Assembly (NCBI GenBank): GCA_015055605.1
Contig: SVHV01000002.1
Coordinates: forward strand, 288,220 to 352,219
Direction: 5' to 3'
DNA: 64,000 nt
Origin: Clostridiales bacterium
Lineage (GTDB): Bacteria > Bacillota > Clostridia > Christensenellales > UBA1242
Positions within the stretch are counted from its first letter, which is position 1, and each line of letters begins with the position of its first letter. A model generated the notes under the pieces. That model did not search any database and had not been told where the DNA came from. It saw only the letters and a list, made by a program, of their open reading frames with translations. The translations under genes and the position numbers were made by a program. Positions 1 through 7,485 of this stretch are shown here, in pieces.

Positions 1-634
1 TCACACTGTTCTGTTCTTTGTTCTCTGTTTGTATAGGCCAGTCAAAAGTATTTGCAAGGCTTATATAAATAGTGTTGGATATATTTGTGTGTGGTTGTAG
101 GTTTTGTATGTTTAGATTTGTACTAAATATTTGGTTTATTTTATCTATTATCTTTTGGTTTAATGTATTTTTTGCATCTTTATCATTAGCCTCATTCCAC
201 AGCCTAAATTCGATACAGGTTCTACTATTGTCCGAAATCTCTTTACAAGACGATAGTGCATTTTCTAGATACTCTTCTAGAGAATATGTACTATTATTTG
301 CTTCGAAACTATGCAAACTCACCGAAATCCTCTTTGCACAACCAGATTTTAATAAGTCCAAATTTTGCCTAAGAAGTGTTCCGTTGGTGGTGAGATAAAC
401 ATTTAGATTTTTCTTAGTACAAATATCAAATATTTCTTTTATATTTGGGTGTAATAAAGGTTCTCCCATTAGATGTAAACAAATAGTATTTGTTAGGGGA
501 GATATCTCGTCTGTAATCTTATCAAACTCTTCTACCGTCATAAACTTTTTAGGACGATTGTTTTTCGGACAAAATGAACAATTCAGATTACATATATTTG
601 TTATTTCTACATAAATTTGCTTAAACTTTCTCAT
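1..634 (-). CDS. radical SAM protein, N-terminal ~211 aa (gene continues past the left edge)
   Basis: Absent from the ORF track because it is open at the window edge. My translation from the ATG (reverse complement of 632-634) reads MRKFKQIYVEITNICNLNCSFCPKNNRPKKFMTVEEF..HLMGEPLLHP..YLTTNGTLL. The CNLNCSFC CxxxCxxC cluster is the radical-SAM 4Fe-4S motif. The frame stays open down to base 1. Confidence 0.8.
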   Translation of the reverse strand, partial: MRKFKQIYVEITNICNLNCSFCPKNNRPKKFMTVEEFDKITDEISPLTNTICLHLMGEPLLHPNIKEIFDICTKKNLNVYLTTNGTLLRQNLDLLKSGCAKRISVSLHSFEANNSTYSLEEYLENALSSCKEISDNSRTCIEFRLWNEANDKDAKNTLNQKIIDKINQIFSTNLNIQNLQPHTNISNTIYISLANTFDWPIQTENKEQNSV

Positions 635-740
635 GCTTATATATTAACAAATTTCATAAAAATAAAAAACTAAAACTTTATTATAAAAACAAAAAACTAA
701 TCCGTTTTTAGATTGGTTTTTGTCTGTATTTATGTAACTA

Positions 741-792
741 AAAGTTCATATAGCCACCACTACTCATTCCAAAAGTTCATATAGCCACCACT
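741..792. repeat. two exact 21-bp direct repeats (AAAGTTCATATAGCCACCACT) spaced 10 bp apart
   Basis: Read directly at 741-761 and 772-792. They lie in the divergent intergenic region between the radical SAM gene and the lipoprotein gene. Confidence 0.9.
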
Positions 793-905
793 TGAATTAA
801 ACAAAGTCATTTTTTCAAAATGTTTCGTTTTTTATTAGTACCTTTTAAAACAATTTGTGCTATACTAAAAATATCAAATACAATAAATATGTATTAGGAG
901 GTTTT

Positions 906-1646
906 ATGAAAAAGAAATTTTTAAGTTTTGTTTTAGCAATATGCTTGATTATTCCTTGTATGTTTATGATGTCTGCTTGTGGAAAGGACGAGCCTAAGTC
1001 GTTAGCTGGCAAGACTATTCGCTGTTCAGACTTTTATACAGAAATTTTTGACAGTCATTCAATTGACCTAAATTATGTTCAAGAGGGTGGTAATGGCAAT
1101 AAATTCTATACTACAAATGTCACTCTTGGTGAAATATTGGAGATGACTCTAGGAACTAATGCCTTCACATACCTAAACAACGCAATACCTACTACAATTG
1201 ATGAGGCAAAAGAATTATTCGTTCAAAAACTAAAAAGCGAGCTTTGCACAATATCTGTAAATCCTTATATTCATTTTTCAGAAGATTTAACTAAAGCTGA
1301 GCTGTATTATACTGCCGACACAGTTGCAAGGACTTATGATGTTGAATATGTAAGCAATTTGGGGTATGGAACATACACATTAAAACTAGATGGTAAAGAT
1401 TGTGTTGAGCTTTATGCACAGGATAGCAACCATGACAAATTCCGTATTGTTGAAATCGGTATAGACGGCTACACGGGTGTTGAGGGCTACCACTTTCTAA
1501 AAGAAGCTTGTGAGATTGGATTAGAAGGTGAATGTGCTACACCAATTACTCTGACTGCAGATGATGGTTCTACAATACAAAAAAGACTTGATGAAGTTTT
1601 TGATAACATAACAATTCTGGCTACACTACTATACACAGTTATATAA
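906..1646 (+). CDS. lipoprotein of unknown function
   Basis: ORF track 855-1646. I prefer the ATG at 906, which has AGGAGG just upstream. MKKKFLSFVLAICLIIPCMFMMSAC-GK is a signal peptide with a lipobox Cys. Confidence 0.75.
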   Translation: MKKKFLSFVLAICLIIPCMFMMSACGKDEPKSLAGKTIRCSDFYTEIFDSHSIDLNYVQEGGNGNKFYTTNVTLGEILEMTLGTNAFTYLNNAIPTTIDEAKELFVQKLKSELCTISVNPYIHFSEDLTKAELYYTADTVARTYDVEYVSNLGYGTYTLKLDGKDCVELYAQDSNHDKFRIVEIGIDGYTGVEGYHFLKEACEIGLEGECATPITLTADDGSTIQKRLDEVFDNITILATLLYTVI

Positions 1647-1655
1647 TAAATAATT

Positions 1656-1694
1656 AAAAACCTATTAGAGAAATCTAGTAGGTTTTTTGTTTTT
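1656..1694 (+). terminator. intrinsic terminator hairpin plus T-run
   Basis: AAAAACCTATTAGAGAAATCTAGTAGGTTTTTTGTTTTT directly follows the stop codon. The same 32-nt hairpin recurs at 2288-2319. Confidence 0.8.
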
Positions 1695-1792
1695 AAGACA
1701 TTTATTATATTTTTGAAAAATATTGAAAATAGTTATACAAATTTCTCTATAAAGTGTTATACTTAAAGTAGTTTATTGTATGAGGAACTTAT

Positions 1793-2284
1793 ATGAAAAT
1801 ATTATCTTGGATTTTTAGTTTTTTAAGTAGATATACGGAATTTGAAGAAAGCTATGAAAAAAGCCGTAATCCATTTTTTAGATTTGTATTATTAATTGCA
1901 ACAGCAGCAGCTCCCATTTTACTTTTTTGGGGTGCTTCTGCAATTGAAATAAATAGTTTTGGGGCAATTCTAGGATTTTTATTAGTGTTAGTATTAGCTA
2001 TTTTACTTTTAATAAAAACTCCAAAAGATTTGTTTCTATTGTCATTAGTTGCCATTAATCATGGAATTTGGATTTTAGCTGAAAGAAAAAAAGAAAAAAC
2101 AACAAATGAAGAAAATTTAGAAGAAACCAATCCTAAAAAGAAAAAAAGAGTGGTTAAATGGCAAAAGGTAAACTCTAATCCTGCATGGGATTTTATTCTA
2201 GGTGTTTTAGGTATAGTGTTAGCTGTTGCATCAATTGTATTGGTATTTGTATGGTTTGTTATTCCTTTATTATTTATTAGATGA
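1793..2284 (+). CDS. small membrane protein, unknown function
   Basis: 163-aa ORF with hydrophobic segments at both ends and a Lys/Glu-rich linker. It ends in TGA, followed by a terminator. Confidence 0.6.
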   Translation: MKILSWIFSFLSRYTEFEESYEKSRNPFFRFVLLIATAAAPILLFWGASAIEINSFGAILGFLLVLVLAILLLIKTPKDLFLLSLVAINHGIWILAERKKEKTTNEENLEETNPKKKKRVVKWQKVNSNPAWDFILGVLGIVLAVASIVLVFVWFVIPLLFIR

Positions 2285-2287
2285 AAT

Positions 2288-2322
2288 AAAACCTATTAGA
2301 GAAATCTAGTAGGTTTTTTATT
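2288..2322 (+). terminator. intrinsic terminator (copy of the 1656 hairpin)
   Basis: AAAACCTATTAGAGAAATCTAGTAGGTTTTTT is identical to the hairpin after the preceding gene. Confidence 0.8.
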
Positions 2323-2539
2323 TTAATTCAAATCATCCCTCCTAGAAGTTTTTACTATGGAGTGGTGGCAAGAGTGTGTGTCTTAAAATGTTAATTTGGC
2401 GTAAAGACATTTGTTTTAAGTTCTGTTGTAAGGGTAAAGAAAACCCCAAACCCTTAAACATGCCTATTATCCTAAAGGTTTGGGAAATAAAAAAGTGTTC
2501 AAACTAAACTCTCAAAAAGAGACATTTTTGAACACTATG

Positions 2540-2573
2540 TTGGCGGAGCGAAAGAGTTGTTGAAACGTACCGC
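2540..2573 (-). repeat. degenerate tRNA-Ser 3'-half-like remnant
   Basis: TTGGCGGAGCGAAAGAGTTGTTGAAACGTACCGC compared with the genuine tRNA-Ser 3' end TTGGCGGAGAAGGAGGGATTTGAACCCTCGCGGC at 6572. It is followed on the minus strand by the hairpin AGTGTTCAAA..TTTGAACACT and a T-run. Confidence 0.5.
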
Positions 2574-2684
2574 ATTTATGTATCATTTTTATTCAGAAAA
2601 AACCTCTCAGGTCATAATAGTACGGATGAAAAATATTTTCAAAGTAAAACATATAAAAATTATTTTATTTAATATATTTATCTA

Positions 2685-3344
2685 TTAATTATTACTTTTA
2701 TTGTCTGTTTTTATCTCTGTAAGCCTTTTTATCTTTGCAGGTATAATATATAGGTAATTTATAATGCTGTCCAAGAATTCAATTAATGTTTTTAGTTCGG
2801 ATTTTGGGATAGATAAATGGTCATCATGGGCGCCTTCATTGCCTATAAGTCTGATATGCTTACAAGCATCATCAAATGTTACTGGTAAGATATTTTTTGT
2901 TACTAAGTCTTCAATTTGTTTTTCCAATTTGCTTCCTTTAGCTTTTTTATCTTTACAAATCAACTCTAAAACTTTTCGTAATGATAACGCACAAATTGAG
3001 GAGTCAATTTTTTCAACCTTTTTTGCAGATTCAAATGCAGAAACTATGTTTTTAGGAACATCTCTTTTGTTTGTTGAAATATCTGGATATAATATTTTAC
3101 GTTCAAAGTCATAAGAACCATCTCTATTTTGCATTGTTTGATCCGTACTTCGTTTTAGAAGAGTGACACCATGACATACTGGACAATGTAAAACATGGTA
3201 GTAATCCTCGTACCATAAAATTGGTACATCTTCATCATAATCATAGTATTTATCTAAATATAAACTTTCTTCAATTAAAAGCCCCTTATTTCCACAATGA
3301 TAACATGTTTCTAAAATATGGTTTCTTGTAAGGCTGTTTTTCAT
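2685..3344 (-). CDS. zinc-ribbon plus DUF4145-like protein
   Basis: The N-terminus has CYHCG..CPVCHG (four Cys). The C-terminal half has ALSLRKVLELI..LEKQIEDL..HIRLIGNEGAHD, the (I/L)R..GN..AH pattern I associate with DUF4145. Confidence 0.6.
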   Translation of the reverse strand: MKNSLTRNHILETCYHCGNKGLLIEESLYLDKYYDYDEDVPILWYEDYYHVLHCPVCHGVTLLKRSTDQTMQNRDGSYDFERKILYPDISTNKRDVPKNIVSAFESAKKVEKIDSSICALSLRKVLELICKDKKAKGSKLEKQIEDLVTKNILPVTFDDACKHIRLIGNEGAHDDHLSIPKSELKTLIEFLDSIINYLYIIPAKIKRLTEIKTDNKSNN

Positions 3345-3443
3345 ATATTTTTCTCCTTTGTATTTTATACATTATAACATATTTTATTTAAAATTTATAA
3401 TAAAAAATCCACCCGAACCATAATGGTACGGATGGACAAGTTC

Positions 3444-3483
3444 TTGGCGGGACGGTAGTGATTCTAATCTAACACTATTGCGC
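3444..3483 (-). repeat. degenerate tRNA 3'-half-like remnant
   Basis: TTGGCGGGACGGTAGTGATTCTAATCTAAC... has a CCA-proximal GCGG plus a T-loop-like GATTCTAATC. The adjacent hairpin is TCCACCCG..CGGATGGA with an A/T run. Confidence 0.45.
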
Positions 3484-3522
3484 AAAAAACCTACTAGGAT
3501 TTTTCCTAATAGGTTTTATTTT

Positions 3523-4779
3523 TTATTCTTGTGTAGTGACTGTTATAGCTCCACTACCGTTTATCTTTACTGTTGCATATTCAAAATTGGTTGAATTATA
3601 AATGGTTGGATCATTATGTGCATTAATTACATTTACTAAATTGCCAAGCCCATCTGTAACGCCAGGATTTGTAATAATTACATTATCAGAATTTGTTAGC
3701 CCAATATCAGTCAAGAAATTAGTACCTCTATTATCAGAAAGTCTGATAGCATCTCTACCAGTAGCAGGTTCATATCCTGTAATAAGAACATCTACATTAT
3801 AATCATAATCTGCATTTGCATAGTTATCAATATTTTTGTTAGTAGCATCACCAGTAAATAGTATAACTTTTTCTTGATAAGTAATTGCAATAAATATACT
3901 TGCATCAAATTCAGTTTCGCAGTCGCTAGGGGCAACTGGTGCTATAAAGTCGATTGTATATGAATATTCTTGTTGGTTATAGCTGAAATTACTTGTTACA
4001 TCATAACTATCTTCATTGGTTGGGTTAAGTTTAATAACATTGCAAGTGTTAATGGTGTTAGCATAGTTAACTGCATTTCTAAAGCCATCTGAGATATCAT
4101 AAGTAACTCCAGTGGTATCAGGAATGTATAAATTTTTCACATTGTTAGTAAATATAGCCTCTGCTCCTCCTGTTCTCTTAGCAAAAGTATTAGTTAACAC
4201 CATATAATCTATTGTAGTAAAACCTGCATCAATAACTATTCTTCTAAATGTACGGATATCTATAGCCTGTGTTCCGCCTGCATCAATAAGCATATTTTTA
4301 CCATCTGGCAATTTAACTAATGTATATACACCATTGCCATCTGTTTGGTAAGTGATTATTTCTAAATCTCTTATTGAAGCAACTTCGGGATTTAGACTAC
4401 TATCAATATGACCACAAACTATACAAGTATCACCAGACATTTCGTGTGGTTCTTGAGCAGAAGTTCCGTCACAAGTTGTACAATCTTGCCAGTGATATTC
4501 ATCATTTTTCTCATATTGTCCTGGTATAAATGTGTGTTGATGATTCTTTATCCAACCACAAACAGAACATACATCATCAATATATGTGTGAGTTCCTTCA
4601 TCTTTCTTTTCACTGCAGCCATCACAAGTAAGCCAGTGGGTTGAGCCATTGCTAGAAAACATGCTTGACCAGTTGTGAGTATGTTGTGGGGCATTTGGTG
4701 GATTTTTGCCACAAGCAGTTAGCAAAAATACGCAAGGCAATACTAAAAGTGCAAGCATAAATATTAATAACTTTTTCAT
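3523..4779 (-). CDS. lipoprotein with Cys/His-rich modules and a degenerate ComEC-type metallo-beta-lactamase-like domain
   Basis: MKKLLIFMLALLVLPCVFLLTAC-GK lipobox. HWLTCDGC..CSVCG and HWQDCTTCDG..CIVCGH modules. LPDGKNMLIDAGG and ILFTGDA match the ComEC MBL core, but the HxHxDH position reads TNTFAKRTGG. Confidence 0.7.
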   Translation of the reverse strand: MKKLLIFMLALLVLPCVFLLTACGKNPPNAPQHTHNWSSMFSSNGSTHWLTCDGCSEKKDEGTHTYIDDVCSVCGWIKNHQHTFIPGQYEKNDEYHWQDCTTCDGTSAQEPHEMSGDTCIVCGHIDSSLNPEVASIRDLEIITYQTDGNGVYTLVKLPDGKNMLIDAGGTQAIDIRTFRRIVIDAGFTTIDYMVLTNTFAKRTGGAEAIFTNNVKNLYIPDTTGVTYDISDGFRNAVNYANTINTCNVIKLNPTNEDSYDVTSNFSYNQQEYSYTIDFIAPVAPSDCETEFDASIFIAITYQEKVILFTGDATNKNIDNYANADYDYNVDVLITGYEPATGRDAIRLSDNRGTNFLTDIGLTNSDNVIITNPGVTDGLGNLVNVINAHNDPTIYNSTNFEYATVKINGSGAITVTTQE

Positions 4780-5068
4780 AAATTACTCCTTTATTTTTTT
4801 AGTATATCATAGTTATTTGAAATTTGTATTGCTTTTTCAAAAATGTTTTAAAAAAGCCCACAAGTTAATGTGAGCTTAAAATATAAATCATAAAATATAT
4901 CAAATTTTGTAATCATTTACAAAAATACCCGAATTCATTTCGTTTTTGATTTAAGTAATGAGTTTGAGTATATTCTATCTTTTGAGTAGGTACAACAAAG
5001 CCTGCAACACCTTTAATGCAGAAATAGAAAAATCGCACTCCAACAATACTGTTAGAATGCGATTGCTC

Positions 5069-5101
5069 TTGGCGGGGCGCGAGGGATTGTGTACGCACGC
5101 C
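5069..5101 (-). repeat. degenerate tRNA-Ser 3'-half-like remnant
   Basis: TTGGCGGGGCGCGAGGGATTGTGTACGCACGCC. The flanking 150 bp is also colinear with the sequence downstream of the true tRNA-Ser (hairpin, then ..CCTTTAATGCAGAAATAG.. versus ..CCTTTTAGACAAAAATAA..). Confidence 0.55.
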
Positions 5102-5151
5102 AAATTTATAAAATAAAACCTACTAGGATTTTTCCTAATAGGCTTTGTTTT

Positions 5152-6318
5152 TTATTCAGCTGTTACTGTTATTTGTCCACTGCTATTGATTTTTACATAG
5201 GCAGTATCTAAATTATTTACACCTGTTATCATGTAAACTTTATCCCAACCACAAATCTCAGCCGCAGTGCGTTTTAATACATCACAACGAGCATCTGACG
5301 AAATCGGTGTAATAATAGCATAATCGCCAGCCTCTAGCGAAATACATTCAAAATAATCTTTACCAGCAAATGATGGTGCATTTGTTATCGCATAAGGGTC
5401 ACTGGCTTCAAAAGATGTAATTAAAACATCAACATCTTTTTCTCCATCGTAGTTGTTTATATATCCTTGAGTATTTCTTTGTCTAACATCTCCTGTAATT
5501 AGAATCGTTTTGTCTTGATATTCTATTGATGTTACTATGGTTGTATCACACATAGCATCAGAGTGCCAAGTATTGTTTTGACAAATTTCTGTTGATACTG
5601 GTAACATAAAATCTATTTCATAAGAATATTCGTTACCACTATTATCTTTAAATGATTGAACTATATCGCAGTTATTTTCTGCTACTTCTACTACATTGCA
5701 ACTATTTGGAACATATTGCAAAGCGTCTAAATAACAATCTAAAACATATGAATCATCATATTGTTGACCTTCAATACGTATCACTCTTGGTGTAAATAGA
5801 TTGATGACGTTAAAATTTTGAAGAATATAAGCCATTTGTCCTGTTCTTAAAACGTGCACATTTGTCAAAACAAAATAATCTATTTTTTCGATATTATAAA
5901 CATATCTAAATGTATCTTCTATGAGGATTTGAGTTTTAAGCCCAGTTGTGCCACTATCTATAACCATATTTTTGCCATCAGGAAGTCTTGCTAATGTAAA
6001 CATACCTTCTCCTGTATCAAAGGTAATAACTTCTAAATCTCTAACACTAGAAACCGTTGGAACACTTGGATTTGGGGTTAAGCCTTTTTCATACCCACAA
6101 ACGGAACAAACATCACCATCGTGATTTCCCTTATCTTTCTTTTCATCACAACCATCACAAGTTAGCCAGTGTTCAGTTTCATTTTTAGACCAATTTGTTG
6201 CCCAGTTATGAGTATGTGTAGGGTCTTCTGGTGGATTGTTTCCACAAGCACTTAAAAACAATGCACAAGGCATTATTAAACAAATTGCAAGTATAAATGA
6301 CAATAATTTCTTTTTCAT
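5152..6318 (-). CDS. lipoprotein, paralog of 3523-4779 (degenerate MBL-like domain)
   Basis: ORF track 5152-6351. I place the start at the ATG at 6318, behind AGGAGA. MKKKLLSFILAICLIMPCALFLSAC-GN, HWLTCDGCDEKKD..CSVCG, LPDGKNMVIDSG and ILITGD are present. The HxHxDH position reads TNVHVLRTGQ. Confidence 0.7.
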   Translation of the reverse strand: MKKKLLSFILAICLIMPCALFLSACGNNPPEDPTHTHNWATNWSKNETEHWLTCDGCDEKKDKGNHDGDVCSVCGYEKGLTPNPSVPTVSSVRDLEVITFDTGEGMFTLARLPDGKNMVIDSGTTGLKTQILIEDTFRYVYNIEKIDYFVLTNVHVLRTGQMAYILQNFNVINLFTPRVIRIEGQQYDDSYVLDCYLDALQYVPNSCNVVEVAENNCDIVQSFKDNSGNEYSYEIDFMLPVSTEICQNNTWHSDAMCDTTIVTSIEYQDKTILITGDVRQRNTQGYINNYDGEKDVDVLITSFEASDPYAITNAPSFAGKDYFECISLEAGDYAIITPISSDARCDVLKRTAAEICGWDKVYMITGVNNLDTAYVKINSSGQITVTAE

Positions 6319-6572
6319 ACTTTTATCTCCTATAAATAGAGTATAGCACACTTATTAAAAATCTGTATTGATTTTTTAAAAATGTTTTAAAAAAGCCCAC
6401 AAATTAATGTGAGCCAGTAAAAAATTATTTAATCCAGTTTCCGTGTTCATCTCTTTTTAAGTTTAAGTAGTGAAAAGATTGTTTAGGCACAAACTTGATT
6501 GTAGGAATAATGATAGCAGGAATACCTTTTAGACAAAAATAAAAGAACTGCGTGTGCGAACGCAGTTCCGAT

Positions 6573-6663
6573 TGGCGGAGAAGGAGGGATTTGAACCCTC
6601 GCGGCAGTCTCCCGCCCTACACCCTTAGCAGGGGCGCCTCTTCGGCCTCTTGAGTACTTCTCC
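6573..6663 (-). tRNA. tRNA-Ser (anticodon GCU)
   Basis: The reverse complement is GGAGAAGTACTCAAGAGGCCGAAGAGGCGCCCCTGCTAAGGGTGTAGGGCGGGAGACTGCCGCGAGGGTTCAAATCCCTCCTTCTCCGCCA. It has a 7-bp acceptor stem, anticodon loop CTGCTAA, a long variable arm, a GGTTCAAATCC T-loop and an encoded CCA. Confidence 0.93.
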
Positions 6664-6915
6664 ATATCCGGTATTAAAATTTATTAAATTCGTCTTTCAA
6701 AGACAAGAGTATTTTAGCAAATATAAATGGGCTTTGTCAATAGTTTTTTATGTTACTTTGCAGGAATTTTTATTATGAGGTGGTTTTTTTGTGGCTAGTC
6801 TTGTCGAAGAGATTTTTGCGAGTGAAGGGGAGTGAGTATGGTGATTAGTTATTTTGGTTTGCTTTTTTATTAGATATAGCATATACTCTTGCTTAGATAT
6901 TGTAGAGGTGAGGAA

Positions 6916-7440
6916 ATGGAATTTAGAAGAATAGAAGATTTGAGCAAGGTAAAAGATATTTATGAACTATATTTAGCGTCATTTCCACCAGAGGAAAGAG
7001 TGCCTTTTGATAGTTTGTTTTCTGGAGTGTTTGAAGGGTTTGAGTTGTATGCTCTTTATGATAACGAACATTTAGTTGCTATGGCGCATTTGAATAATAC
7101 AGAGAACTTTGTGCATGTGAATTATCTTGCTGTTGTAAAAGAGTATCAGTGTCAAGGAAATGGCTCTGATGTTTTAAGCAGGGTAAAAGATATGTTTAAA
7201 GGTAAAGCAGTTGTGCTAGACATAGAAGAACTAGATGAAGAGGCGGAAAACAATCATCTTCGTATCAGAAGAAAGAAATTTTATGGAAAGAATGGTTTTG
7301 TGCAAGGCGAACATGTGTTTAACTGGGAAGGTGTGTTTATGACCTATATGCACTGCGGGGAATTAGATGGTGAAGAGTTTATGGAGTATATCCAAATCAT
7401 CTTCCCAACAATTATTAATGTTAGAAAAAGAGATGTGTAA
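6916..7440 (+). CDS. GNAT family N-acetyltransferase
   Basis: YLAVVKEYQCQGNGSDVL matches the Q/RxxGxG/A acetyl-CoA motif. Size is about 175 aa. Start placed at the ATG behind GAGGTGAGG. Confidence 0.7.
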   Translation: MEFRRIEDLSKVKDIYELYLASFPPEERVPFDSLFSGVFEGFELYALYDNEHLVAMAHLNNTENFVHVNYLAVVKEYQCQGNGSDVLSRVKDMFKGKAVVLDIEELDEEAENNHLRIRRKKFYGKNGFVQGEHVFNWEGVFMTYMHCGELDGEEFMEYIQIIFPTIINVRKRDV

Positions 7441-7485
7441 ATAAAAAAGATAAGGATTGATATTGTCCTTATCTTTTTTTATTTT

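Noticed and set aside
72-398. 108-aa plus-strand ORF from the track
   Set aside because: It lies antisense inside the radical SAM gene, whose minus-strand frame is open from 634 to base 1 and carries the CxxxCxxC motif. The plus-strand ORF has low-complexity hydrophobic content and no RBS.
4913-5098. 61-aa minus-strand ORF
   Set aside because: It spans the decayed tRNA-Ser 3'-half and terminator region between two cassettes. It has no RBS.
6483-6665. 60-aa minus-strand ORF
   Set aside because: It is the translation of tRNA-Ser and its terminator, so it is not a protein gene.
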